Positions 47,198-56,111 of a DNA stretch of 64,000 nucleotides are shown in pieces. Origin of the DNA: Bacteriovoracaceae bacterium. Lineage in GTDB: Bacteria > Bdellovibrionota > Bacteriovoracia > Bacteriovoracales > Bacteriovoracaceae. Positions within the stretch are counted from its first letter, which is position 1. Every line of letters begins with the position of its first letter. Made by a program: the position numbers and the translations under genes. The stretch covers positions 901 to 64,900 of the forward strand of contig QKCN01000029.1 in assembly GCA_003245675.1 (NCBI GenBank), given 5' to 3'. The notes beneath the pieces were generated by a model. That model made no database searches. It was not told where the DNA came from and saw nothing but the letters and a program-made list of their open reading frames with translations.

Positions 47198-48080
47198 TTT
47201 TTTCCCTTGGCGTCTATTGGCCGCTGCTGCTGCAGGGATGATTCTCAGCCTGTCAGGCTCATTGGTGCAATCAATTACTCAAAACGATTTGGCCGGTCCT
47301 TCCACCTTGGGAATTAATGCTTTCATCGTCCTATTTGTTATTGCATTACATTTTGCTTCTCGTCTCTTGGCGCTTCCTCTTCCTCTTGAATGGTTGAGCT
47401 TGATTCTTTGTTGTGCAGTGACTGTTTTATTGCTTTTCTTCTTTTGGAGAAGGAATTGTGGTGTCGCGGTGCGCCACTCCGCTTTTGGCCAGACCAATAT
47501 GGATTTTCTTATTTTAGTAGGATTATGCTTCAATCTTTTTGTAGGAGCCTTATTTTCTCTTTTTGAATTCTTTTTTATGTCTTTAAACTGGGAGTTCCCC
47601 TCTGAGCTCTGGTATGGAAATTTTCGCTTGAGCTTGATGAGTAATTCTCTTCCTCTTGTCATCGTGGCCATTTTTCTTTGGGGGGCCGCTCTTAAAATGG
47701 CCCCGCGCTTACAGCTCATGTCTTTTAGTTCCCATTTGGCCGAAAACTGGGGAGTCAATGGGAAAAGAGTTCAGTTGCAGGCTATTTTGTTGGCACTTCT
47801 GGGACAGGCATTTATTATCAATTTTTTTGGTGTTTTTTCTTTTGCGGGCTTAATTTTTCCACATCTTTTACGCAGCATTTCTTTTTTTCAGAGTGAAATT
47901 AAAAGAGAGCTATTGTGGGGAAGTCTTTTATGTGGAATCATATTTTTGCTTTTGGATTTTGCTTGTACGCATATTTTAATTTTAGGAGCAGAAGTTCCTG
48001 TGGGAATGTTGAGTTCTTTTCTGGGGACCTCTTTTCTTTTTATACTACTTATTAACCGCTATCGTCGGAGGCAGCAATGA
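47166..48080 (+). CDS. FecCD/BtuC-family ABC permease (iron-chelate, haem or cobalamin type)
   Basis: ATG at 47166. Polytopic. Motif AGPSTLGINA. It overlaps the ATPase gene by 32 nt. Confidence 0.75.
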   Translation: MDQILTFLEPNFFPWRLLAAAAAGMILSLSGSLVQSITQNDLAGPSTLGINAFIVLFVIALHFASRLLALPLPLEWLSLILCCAVTVLLLFFFWRRNCGVAVRHSAFGQTNMDFLILVGLCFNLFVGALFSLFEFFFMSLNWEFPSELWYGNFRLSLMSNSLPLVIVAIFLWGAALKMAPRLQLMSFSSHLAENWGVNGKRVQLQAILLALLGQAFIINFFGVFSFAGLIFPHLLRSISFFQSEIKRELLWGSLLCGIIFLLLDFACTHILILGAEVPVGMLSSFLGTSFLFILLINRYRRRQQ

Positions 48081-48868
48081 AAAAAATAATTTTAGGTCTA
48101 TGTGTTTTAAGCTTGTTTGTCGCTTGTGGAACTCACGCTCCTAAGGCTGAACCGCAAGGTAAAGAAGATTTACGAGGTCTTTTTGCAGTCAGTTGGTTTC
48201 AAACTTCAGGAGAGTATCGCGCTCTTTGTTATCAAGCTTTTAATTCGGCCAAGCTCTATTTAGAGCAAGATCTACAAAATAAAAGATTGAAAGGGAAAAG
48301 AGCGATTGTTTTGGATTTAGATGAAACAGTTGTTGATAATAGTCCTTTCCAAGCTCGTGCTGTAAAAACAGGCAAAGGGTATCCTCATGGCTGGAAGGAA
48401 TGGATTGATGAAGCGAATGCTATGGCCGTACCAGGAGTTGTTGAATTCTTACAATGGGTCAACAAAAAAGGAATCGCAATTTATTATATCTCTAACCGCA
48501 AAATAAAAGGTCATGATGCAACTGTAAATAACCTAAAGAAATTGGGAATTTTCTTTGGTGAAGATAAAATTCTTTTGAGAGAGAAGTCCAGCGACAAGAC
48601 ACCTCGTCGTAAAGAGGTAATGAAGACCCATCGTATTGTTGCTTTGTTTGGTGACAACCTTGGAGATTTTTCAGGACTTTATGACAACAAGAGTATTGAA
48701 GAGCGCTTCGCCGTTGTTGATAAAGACAAAAAAGAATTTGGAAGTCATTTTATCGTTTTACCGAACCCCATGTATGGAGCTTGGGAAGGTGCCGTTTACA
48801 ATGATGACTACTCAAAAACAAATGCTGAAAAAACTGAAATGATGATCAAAAGATTGAGAGACAAATAG
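48077..48868 (+). CDS. Lipoprotein e(P4)-family class C acid phosphatase / 5'-nucleotidase (HAD)
   Basis: Lipobox LFVAC. DDDD motifs VLDLDETVVDNS and FGDNLGDF. ATGA overlap with the permease gene. Confidence 0.8.
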   Translation: MKKIILGLCVLSLFVACGTHAPKAEPQGKEDLRGLFAVSWFQTSGEYRALCYQAFNSAKLYLEQDLQNKRLKGKRAIVLDLDETVVDNSPFQARAVKTGKGYPHGWKEWIDEANAMAVPGVVEFLQWVNKKGIAIYYISNRKIKGHDATVNNLKKLGIFFGEDKILLREKSSDKTPRRKEVMKTHRIVALFGDNLGDFSGLYDNKSIEERFAVVDKDKKEFGSHFIVLPNPMYGAWEGAVYNDDYSKTNAEKTEMMIKRLRDK

Positions 48869-48930
48869 TTTTTTTGTGTATTAGAATACAAAAAACAGTG
48901 GGACATCAATATTTTACAAAGGAATGTATT

Positions 48931-49671
48931 GTGAAAAAAATCGTAACATTTGTAAGTCTTCTAGTATTTGCAAGCTTTATGCTTGTATCGTGTAATGGTG
49001 GTAATAAGCCTGCACCTAAAACTGATGATGAGAAAACACTTTATACAATGGGTGTTATGCTTGGGACAAACCTACAGCGTTTAAACCTTTCTAAGGATGA
49101 GTTAAATGTTCTTATGGGAGGAATCGAAGCGTCTGCCAAAGGTGAGCAGCCAGCAGTTAAGGTTGAGGAATTTCAAGGGAAAATTCAAGCTTTGGTTATG
49201 GGGCGTATGAAGCAAGCTTCTGAAGCTTCAAAGAAAGATGGAGATAATTTCCGTGAAGATTTCTTGAAAAAGAATCCTAATGCCAAGAAAACAGAAAGTG
49301 GTTTGATCTATCTTGTTGAGAAAGAAGGCGGCAAGAAGCCAATCGCAACAGATAATGTAAAAGTTCACTATCATGGAACTCTTATTAATGGCGAAGTTTT
49401 TGATTCTTCCAAAGACCGTGGTCAACCTGCAGAATTTCCTCTTAATCGCGTGATCAAGGGATGGACAGAAGGTATGCAACTCGTTGGCATTGGTGGGAAA
49501 ATTAAATTGGTTATCCCTCCAGAGCTTGGATATGGCGAAAGAGGCGCAGGGAAGATCCCCGGTGGCGCAACTTTGGTCTTTGATGTAGAGCTTCTTGAAA
49601 TTCAAGCTGCTGAAGCACCACAAGAAGTTGCAAAAGCTCCTAAAAAACCTAGCAAAAAAGCTAAAAAATAA
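48931..49671 (+). CDS. FKBP-type peptidyl-prolyl cis-trans isomerase (FkpA/Mip-like lipoprotein)
   Basis: GTG at 48931 is preceded by aagga. Lipobox LVSC. FKBP core VHYHGTLINGEVFDSS...LVFDVELL. Lys-rich tail. Confidence 0.85.
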   Translation: MKKIVTFVSLLVFASFMLVSCNGGNKPAPKTDDEKTLYTMGVMLGTNLQRLNLSKDELNVLMGGIEASAKGEQPAVKVEEFQGKIQALVMGRMKQASEASKKDGDNFREDFLKKNPNAKKTESGLIYLVEKEGGKKPIATDNVKVHYHGTLINGEVFDSSKDRGQPAEFPLNRVIKGWTEGMQLVGIGGKIKLVIPPELGYGERGAGKIPGGATLVFDVELLEIQAAEAPQEVAKAPKKPSKKAKK

Positions 49672-49676
49672 TTAAA

Positions 49677-49740
49677 GGTACGTGGATACTTTTGCTGAGC
49701 ACTGCATTAGTTTTGGCAAAAGTATCCACATCCTTTTTTT
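49677..49740. repeat. Palindromic intergenic element, copy A, probably also acting as a bidirectional terminator
   Basis: ggtacgtggatacttttgc ... gcaaaagtatccac followed by a T-run, between convergent genes. Its left arm is near-identical to the copy at 51526. Confidence 0.55.
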
Positions 49741-49744
49741 TTTC

Positions 49745-50512
49745 TTAGCGGCAGCTCATTGGATTGAAATAACGATTAAATTCTGCTGTCCTTTTCACAT
49801 TGTACATATCGGGATCAAATCCAAGCTCATCTACCAAATAATCAAACGTCTTTGAGTTCAGGGTAAAATTGGCCAATTGTCCATTAACTGCGGCCCGTGC
49901 CCAATATCTCGTGCCTTTGTCTGTTTCTAGGTAAAAAACTGCTTCAAACCCTTTGTTGCTGACAGGCAATTCAAGAGCAAAGTATTTGTTCAACTCAGAG
50001 GATGAACTTATTGCCAATTTTTGTTCACGCCACTGACCATAGCTATTGGAAAAATATCCCCAGCTCACCATTCTTCCATCAAGCTTTTGAGTACTCACTT
50101 TGAAAACGAATTTTAATATATTAGTAGGGTAGTCGATGTAGTGATTGCTTGAGGCACCAATTCGATCCATGAAGAACTCGCAGCGAGTCGCAGTAATGTC
50201 TTTTCTTTGAATAGCATTATTAAGTGCTATTGAATCAACAATGATGTAGTTATCTTTTGCAAAATTACCAGTAAGACAAACGTGCTTGTTTTGGAAACTT
50301 TGAAATTTTTTATAAACGGCAGCGTAGTGCCTGGATTTGTCTGTGACATAATAATGAGTGTTAGAGCCTTTTTCATAAAAACTATAACGAACTCCGTTGT
50401 CATTTTTTCCGAGATAACCGCATTTTTCCACAGATGCATTTGCTGCTCCGATTGAAGCGAATAGAACACTTGCTGCAATTGTTGATTTAAAAATTACTTT
50501 TGAAAAACTCAT
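49745..50512 (-). CDS. Secreted protein of unknown function
   Basis: Signal peptide MSFSKVIFKSTIAASVLFASIGAANA. No family recognised. Confidence 0.6.
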   Translation of the reverse strand: MSFSKVIFKSTIAASVLFASIGAANASVEKCGYLGKNDNGVRYSFYEKGSNTHYYVTDKSRHYAAVYKKFQSFQNKHVCLTGNFAKDNYIIVDSIALNNAIQRKDITATRCEFFMDRIGASSNHYIDYPTNILKFVFKVSTQKLDGRMVSWGYFSNSYGQWREQKLAISSSSELNKYFALELPVSNKGFEAVFYLETDKGTRYWARAAVNGQLANFTLNSKTFDYLVDELGFDPDMYNVKRTAEFNRYFNPMSCR

Positions 50513-50657
50513 TTGAAACCCTCCGGTTAATTAGTTGTTTGTGTCGTTGAATAAATTTCTGAGAGGGTTATATGAGGAAATACGAGCTAGTTTAATGATT
50601 CTGCCAATCAAAAAATGGGCAGATATTCTCATTTCGCACGATTTAAGAGTTTTTTAT

Positions 50658-51500
50658 TTATTTGTCGCCTATTTCGCCCGGTGGAACGCCAAAATGGGAC
50701 TTAAATGAGCGGGAAAATGACGAGGGATCACTGTAACCGACAAGGTAGCAGATTTCATTGATCGTATGTTTACCTTTTTTGAGGAGTTTTTTGGCCTCCT
50801 CGAGTTTCCTCACCTTAATGTAATCGTAAGGTGTCATTTTAAAATCTGCTTTAAATTTGCGAAAGAGGGTCGCAGAAGAGACTCCGCAATGCTTGGCCAG
50901 CAATTTCATATCTATTTTATCAAACAGATTTCTTTCAATGTACTCAATTGCGGCATTAGAACGAGTTCCATTTGTTTTATCAGAGGCATTGTTGAGTAGT
51001 AGCAGAAAGGATTTATTGACGAGAACATCAATCAAGGACATCAAGTCATTAGTTTGGGAGTGTGCTATGACTTTCTCTTGGAAAAGGTCTTCCATTAATA
51101 ATTGCACTAAATCACTGCGCTGAGCTTTCATTGAATTTTGAGACAAAGTGGCAGACTGAGATTTACCTAGTTTTTGTCCAACTTTTTCCCAGTATTCATC
51201 ACTGAGATAGATGGCAAAACAGTCCCAAACGAGGCTGCTTGCTTGTTGTTTATGAATGGTGTTTTTGGGCATCCACAGGACTTCAGTGCTATCAACTTCT
51301 ATTTTGCATTTTTTCTCAGGGAGGATAAATTCAAGACTTGAGGATTGGCGAGGGAAGACCAGCATATGCCAGTCGTGATGATGCTCTTTGGTTAAATATT
51401 GGATGCTGCGTTCATAGGCGAATCCCAAGCTTCCCGTATCGTCAAAGAATTGTCCAATTAGACTTCCTTCAATTTTCTTTTTTAAACCTGAAATTCTCAT
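50658..51500 (-). CDS. AraC-family transcriptional regulator
   Basis: C-terminal double HTH (LAKHCGVSSATLFRKFK..., ICYLVGYSDPSSFSRSFKSHFGVPPGE). The N-terminal half is cupin-like. Confidence 0.85.
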   Translation of the reverse strand: MRISGLKKKIEGSLIGQFFDDTGSLGFAYERSIQYLTKEHHHDWHMLVFPRQSSSLEFILPEKKCKIEVDSTEVLWMPKNTIHKQQASSLVWDCFAIYLSDEYWEKVGQKLGKSQSATLSQNSMKAQRSDLVQLLMEDLFQEKVIAHSQTNDLMSLIDVLVNKSFLLLLNNASDKTNGTRSNAAIEYIERNLFDKIDMKLLAKHCGVSSATLFRKFKADFKMTPYDYIKVRKLEEAKKLLKKGKHTINEICYLVGYSDPSSFSRSFKSHFGVPPGEIGDK

Positions 51501-51525
51501 CTTTTAATGGTGCCATGCTCTTTAA

Positions 51526-51590
51526 GGTACGTCCATACTTTTGCTAAACGCTGCGTTAGCCGCAGCGCTTAGCAAAAGTATGGACGTACC
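51526..51590. repeat. Palindromic intergenic element, copy B, the best-preserved 65-bp near-perfect inverted repeat
   Basis: ggtacgtccatacttttgctaaacgctgcg ttagc cgcagcgcttagcaaaagtatggacgtacc. It lies in the divergent region between the AraC gene and pfp. Confidence 0.6.
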
Positions 51591-51661
51591 TCTTGAAATA
51601 TGGCAGTCTTGGGGGGAATTTTTAGTCTAAAACTTATTTAAAAAATAGAGGAGGATCCACC

Positions 51662-53302
51662 ATGGAAAATCATTCACCATTATCAGCAGCGCGTTTAAAG
51701 TATCAACCCAAATTGGCAAAAAGTTTGCGTGACGGCGTGCTTGGTGTTGCGACTCAAAAAGGCGAAAAAACTCAATCGATAAAAGACCAAGAAGCAATTG
51801 CCAAACTTTTCCCTAAAACTTACGGCGCTCCTATTATTTCATTTGCGTCAGGTAAAAGTGAAGTGCCTGCACGTGTCTTGAATGTTGGTGTTGTTCTCTC
51901 TGGCGGCCAAGCTCCAGGTGGGCATAATGTGATCGCAGGGATTTTTGATGGCATCAAATCAGTACACAAAGATAGTAAACTTTTTGGCTTCAAAAATGGC
52001 CCAAGCGGATTGGAAAATGGCGATTATATCGATATTACTTCTGAGTATATGGATCAATATCGCAATACTGGTGGTTTTGATATTATCGGTTCTGGCCGTA
52101 CAAAACTAGAAAAGACAGAGCAATTTGACCGTTGTATTGAGGTTGCCAAAAAGCACAATCTCAGCGCTATCGTGATCATTGGTGGAGATGATTCCAATAC
52201 TAATGCTGCTGTTTTAGCAGAATATTTTGCGCAAAAAGAAGTTGCTTGCTCTGTGGTCGGCTGTCCTAAGACTATTGATGGCGATCTTAAAAATGGTCAT
52301 ATCGAAATTTCTTTTGGCTTTGATACTGCTGCTAAAACATATTCAAACTTGATTGCCAATATTTCTCGTGATGCAAACTCTGCTAAAAAATACTGGCACT
52401 TTATCAAGCTTATGGGACGTAGTGCTTCTCACATTGGTCTTGAAGCCGCCCTTCAAACTCATCCCAATATTTGTTTGATCTCAGAAGAAGTTGCAGCTCG
52501 CAAAATGACTTTGAAGCAAATCGTAAATGAAATGAGCGATGTTGTTGAAATGCGTGCTAATGCTGGTAAAAACTTTGGTGTGGCCTTGATTCCAGAAGGG
52601 CTTGTGGAATTTATTCCCGAAATGAAAACTTTGATTTCTCAGTTGAATGACAATCTTGCTCATCACGCTGATGAAGTTGAAAAGGCTGAGAATAAAGTTG
52701 AAGTTGTTTGCAAATACATTGAAAAAAGCGAAGCAGAGCTTTTAAAATCTTTGCCAGCAGCTATTCAAAATCAATTGCTTTTGGATCGCGATCCACATGG
52801 TAACGTACAAGTTTCTTTGATTGAAACAGAAAAACTTTTGATTGAGCTTGTGAAAAAAGAATTGAAGTCACGTTCAACATTCAAAGGGAAATTCAGTGCT
52901 CAAAACCATTTTTTTGGTTACGAAGGACGTTGCGCACTTCCCTCTAACTTCGATGCAGATTATTCTTATGGTCTTGGTTTTTCTGCCGCTGTTTTAGCCC
53001 AGAATAATCTTACAGGTTATATGGCCGCAATTTCCAATTTGTCTGCAGGAAGCGAAGGTTGGAAAGCTGGTGGAGTTCCGACCTCTATGATGATGAATAT
53101 GGAAAGACGTCATGGCGAGGACAAACCTGTAATTCAAAAAGCGCTTGTTGATCTTGAAGGCGGACCTTTTAAAGCCTTTGCTGAGAAAAGAAAACTTTGG
53201 GCAGAAACTGAATCTTATCGCCATCCTGGCAGCATCCAGTATTTTGGTCCAACTGAAATTTGTGACCAAATCAGCCTGACTTTGGCGCTTGAGTCTAAGT
53301 AA
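51662..53302 (+). CDS. pfp: Pyrophosphate-dependent 6-phosphofructokinase (long form)
   Basis: Motif IIGGDDSNT carries the Asp typical of PPi enzymes rather than GGDGS. Motifs PKTIDGDL, FGFDTA and MGRSASH are present. 546 aa. Confidence 0.9.
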   Translation: MENHSPLSAARLKYQPKLAKSLRDGVLGVATQKGEKTQSIKDQEAIAKLFPKTYGAPIISFASGKSEVPARVLNVGVVLSGGQAPGGHNVIAGIFDGIKSVHKDSKLFGFKNGPSGLENGDYIDITSEYMDQYRNTGGFDIIGSGRTKLEKTEQFDRCIEVAKKHNLSAIVIIGGDDSNTNAAVLAEYFAQKEVACSVVGCPKTIDGDLKNGHIEISFGFDTAAKTYSNLIANISRDANSAKKYWHFIKLMGRSASHIGLEAALQTHPNICLISEEVAARKMTLKQIVNEMSDVVEMRANAGKNFGVALIPEGLVEFIPEMKTLISQLNDNLAHHADEVEKAENKVEVVCKYIEKSEAELLKSLPAAIQNQLLLDRDPHGNVQVSLIETEKLLIELVKKELKSRSTFKGKFSAQNHFFGYEGRCALPSNFDADYSYGLGFSAAVLAQNNLTGYMAAISNLSAGSEGWKAGGVPTSMMMNMERRHGEDKPVIQKALVDLEGGPFKAFAEKRKLWAETESYRHPGSIQYFGPTEICDQISLTLALESK

Positions 53303-53330
53303 AAAAGTTAATTCAAAAACGATTATAAGA

Positions 53331-53368
53331 AGGCGCCTTTTACTGGCGCCTTTTACTGGCGCCTTTTT
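53331..53368 (+). terminator. Terminator built from a triplicated 13-nt unit
   Basis: aggcgccttttact ggcgccttttact ggcgccttttt. GGCGCC is self-complementary, so alternative hairpins can form, each followed by T-runs. Confidence 0.6.
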
Positions 53369-53540
53369 CATCTCTTGAAACTCAATAAATTCCCCCCTAG
53401 AGGCACCCATATTTATAATGATTTTGATGGGTTAAATCTGTTTTTTATCCTTAACTTTCCTTGTCAAAAACCGTTATTGTATATCAGAATATAATGTACA
53501 TTTTTTAAGTATTGATTAAATAGATATTGTTGGAGGTAAA

Positions 53541-56102
53541 ATGAAGTTTTTTCTCAATGGTAAAGAGACTGAGTATACGGGAGATCCTAGTCGCACGCTT
53601 TTAAGTGTTATTAGAAATGATCACCATGTGACTTCACCTAAAGATGGTTGCTCTGGGCAAGGATATTGTGGAGCTTGTACTGTTGAGTTAGATGGCAAGG
53701 CCGTACTTGCTTGTGTGACTCCTATGAATAAAGTTGAAGGGAAGCAAGTTTTGACCATTGAAGGTTATCCCAATGATCTTCAAGAACTTTTGGGGCGTGC
53801 TTTTGCTGTTAAAGGGGCCGTGCAATGTGGTTTTTGCACTCCGGGCATTATCGTTCGCGCCAAGACTTTAATTGAAAAAAATTCCGATCCTTCCAATGAA
53901 GATATTTTGAAGGCCTTAAATTTTCATCTTTGTCGTTGTACAGGATACAAGAAGATCATTGAATCTATTCGTTTTGCGGCATGGGCCTGGCGCGAAAAAC
54001 AAAAAATTGAGATGCCTAAAGGCATGGGAAAAGTGGGAACTCGTATGATTAAGTACGATGCCGTGACCACCGCTTTAGGAAAGCGTCCTTTTGTCGATGA
54101 TATCCAAATTAAAGATATGCTCTTTTCTGCTCTTCGTTATTCTGACCACCCTCGCGCCACAGTTAAAAGCATTGATGTTTCCGAAGCCGAAAAAGTAAAA
54201 GGTGTAGTTCGCATTTTTACGAGTAAAGATATTCCTGGTCAAAAGCGTGTAGGGCTTATTACTCGTGACTGGCCAGTGATGGTGGGAATCGGAGAGACCA
54301 CTCGTTATGTGGGAGATGTTCTCGCAGGTGTTGTTGCTGAAACTGAAGAAATTGCGCGTGCCGCACGTGAACTTATCAAAGTGGAATACGATGTGCTTGC
54401 TCCCGTTGTGGATATGCATGATGCGCTAAAGGAGGGCTCTCCGCAAGTTCACCCCGATTATAAAAATCTTCTCGACACCTGTGTTGTGAAGCGAGGTGGA
54501 AATGCTGATGAGGTCATCAAAAATTCCGACTTTGTGGTGCAAGGAGTTTATGAAACTCAGCGCATTGAGCACGCCTTTTTAGAAACAGAGGCAACCATTG
54601 CTCGCCCTGTTGGTGATGATGCGATCGAACTATTTTCTTGTACTCAAGGAGCTTATGAGGATCAAAGGCAAGTTTCAGAGATTCTCAATATATCTCGCGA
54701 AAAAGTTGCTGTGGTGCAAATTCAAAATGGCGGCGGCTTTGGTGGAAAAGAAGATCTTTCAACTCAAGGCCATGTGGCCTTGTTTGCATGGCTTTTAAAG
54801 AAACCAGTGAAGCTTCACCTTTCTCGTCCTGATTCCATTCGTATGCACTCCAAACGTCATCCTATTTGGATGGATTATACTATTGCTGCCAATAAAGACG
54901 GAAAGCTAACTGCTCTTAAAGCAAAAATCGTTGGCGACACTGGCGCCTATGCTTCAGTGGGGGCCAAGGTTGTTGAGCGTGCAGTAGGCCATTCTTCTGG
55001 AGCCTATGTGGTGCCTTGCTTAGATGTTGAAGGTTATGCTTCTTACACCAATAATCCTCCTTGCGGAGCAATGCGCGGCTTTGGTGCCAATCAAGCTGTA
55101 TTTGCGGTGGAAGTTGCCATTGATGAGCTTTGCGAAAAGGCTGGCTTTGACCGCTGGCAATTTCGTTATGACAATGCCATTGAAAATGGTTCTGTCATAG
55201 CAACAGGACAAGAATTGGAAAGTGGTGTTGGCGTTAAAGAATGTTTATTGGCCTTAAAAGATGAATTTTATAAAAACAAAAATGCAGGACTTGCTTGTGG
55301 TATCAAAAATACAGGCGTGGGTAATGGCATGATTGATGCTTCCCCAGTTCGTATTAAAATCTTAAATTCAGATCATATTAGAATCGAACATGGCTGGACT
55401 GAAATGGGTCAAGGGATTCATACCATGGCAATTCACTCTCTTTGTGAAGAAACTGGTATTAATCCCGATCAAGTGAAAATTGAAGTAGAAGTGGATACGC
55501 GCGCTGCTATCCAAACCGGGATGACAACTTCTTCGCGTGCCACATCGCTTTTGGGAAATGCCATTATTGAAGCGGCTAAAAAACTAAAAGAAGATATCCA
55601 GTCCGAAGGTTTGGACAAACTTATTGGCCGTGACTATGAAGGGCAATGGGCCTGTGACTTTACCACTAAACCAGGAAGCCCAGGCAAACAAGTCACTCAC
55701 TATTCCTATAGCTATGCTGCCCAGCTCGCAATTGTTGACGACAATGGAAAGCTTGCCAAAATCATTGCGGCCCATGATGCTGGAAAAGTAATGAATCCGA
55801 CACTTTTTGAAGGACAAATTGAAGGCTCACTTCACATGGGGGCAGGGTATGCACTTTGCGAAGATCTTCCTACTGAAGGTGGACACATTCAAAGCTATAA
55901 ATTGAAAGATCTACAAATTTTGAAGGCTAAAGATACTCCAGAACTTGAAGTGATTGGAGTCGAAGCAAAAGATCCCTATGGGCCTTATGGTGCCAAGGGC
56001 GTCGGCGAGATTGGTCTCGTTCCTACCGCAGGAGCGATTGCCAATGCTTTTTACCAACAAGACGGTGTTCGTCGCAGAAAACTACCTTTATTTCGTAAAT
56101 AG
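53541..56102 (+). CDS. Xanthine dehydrogenase-family molybdenum hydroxylase with fused N-terminal 2x[2Fe-2S] domain (XdhD-like, selenium-dependent type suspected)
   Basis: Fe-S motifs CSGQGYCGACTV, CGFCTPG and CRCTGY. A large Mo-pterin-binding region follows (GGGFGGKE, GAMRGFG, GVGEIG). ssnA and ygfK follow directly. Confidence 0.85.
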   Translation: MKFFLNGKETEYTGDPSRTLLSVIRNDHHVTSPKDGCSGQGYCGACTVELDGKAVLACVTPMNKVEGKQVLTIEGYPNDLQELLGRAFAVKGAVQCGFCTPGIIVRAKTLIEKNSDPSNEDILKALNFHLCRCTGYKKIIESIRFAAWAWREKQKIEMPKGMGKVGTRMIKYDAVTTALGKRPFVDDIQIKDMLFSALRYSDHPRATVKSIDVSEAEKVKGVVRIFTSKDIPGQKRVGLITRDWPVMVGIGETTRYVGDVLAGVVAETEEIARAARELIKVEYDVLAPVVDMHDALKEGSPQVHPDYKNLLDTCVVKRGGNADEVIKNSDFVVQGVYETQRIEHAFLETEATIARPVGDDAIELFSCTQGAYEDQRQVSEILNISREKVAVVQIQNGGGFGGKEDLSTQGHVALFAWLLKKPVKLHLSRPDSIRMHSKRHPIWMDYTIAANKDGKLTALKAKIVGDTGAYASVGAKVVERAVGHSSGAYVVPCLDVEGYASYTNNPPCGAMRGFGANQAVFAVEVAIDELCEKAGFDRWQFRYDNAIENGSVIATGQELESGVGVKECLLALKDEFYKNKNAGLACGIKNTGVGNGMIDASPVRIKILNSDHIRIEHGWTEMGQGIHTMAIHSLCEETGINPDQVKIEVEVDTRAAIQTGMTTSSRATSLLGNAIIEAAKKLKEDIQSEGLDKLIGRDYEGQWACDFTTKPGSPGKQVTHYSYSYAAQLAIVDDNGKLAKIIAAHDAGKVMNPTLFEGQIEGSLHMGAGYALCEDLPTEGGHIQSYKLKDLQILKAKDTPELEVIGVEAKDPYGPYGAKGVGEIGLVPTAGAIANAFYQQDGVRRRKLPLFRK

Positions 56103-56111
56103 GAGACAGAG

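Noticed and set aside
47279-47758. 159-aa minus-strand ORF inside the FecCD permease gene
   Set aside because: It is a Lys/Arg-rich antisense shadow of a hydrophobic membrane-protein gene. The same reasoning rejects 32404-32868 (antisense to rnfD), 33807-34226 (antisense to rnfE), 52994-53410, 9623-10021, 57995-58375 and 755-1078.
53332-53368. Tandem 13-nt direct repeat (ggcgccttttact x2.8) considered as a CRISPR or minisatellite
   Set aside because: It has only about three units and no spacers. It is built around the self-complementary GGCGCC plus a T-run directly after the pfp stop. It is best explained as a duplicated rho-independent terminator.
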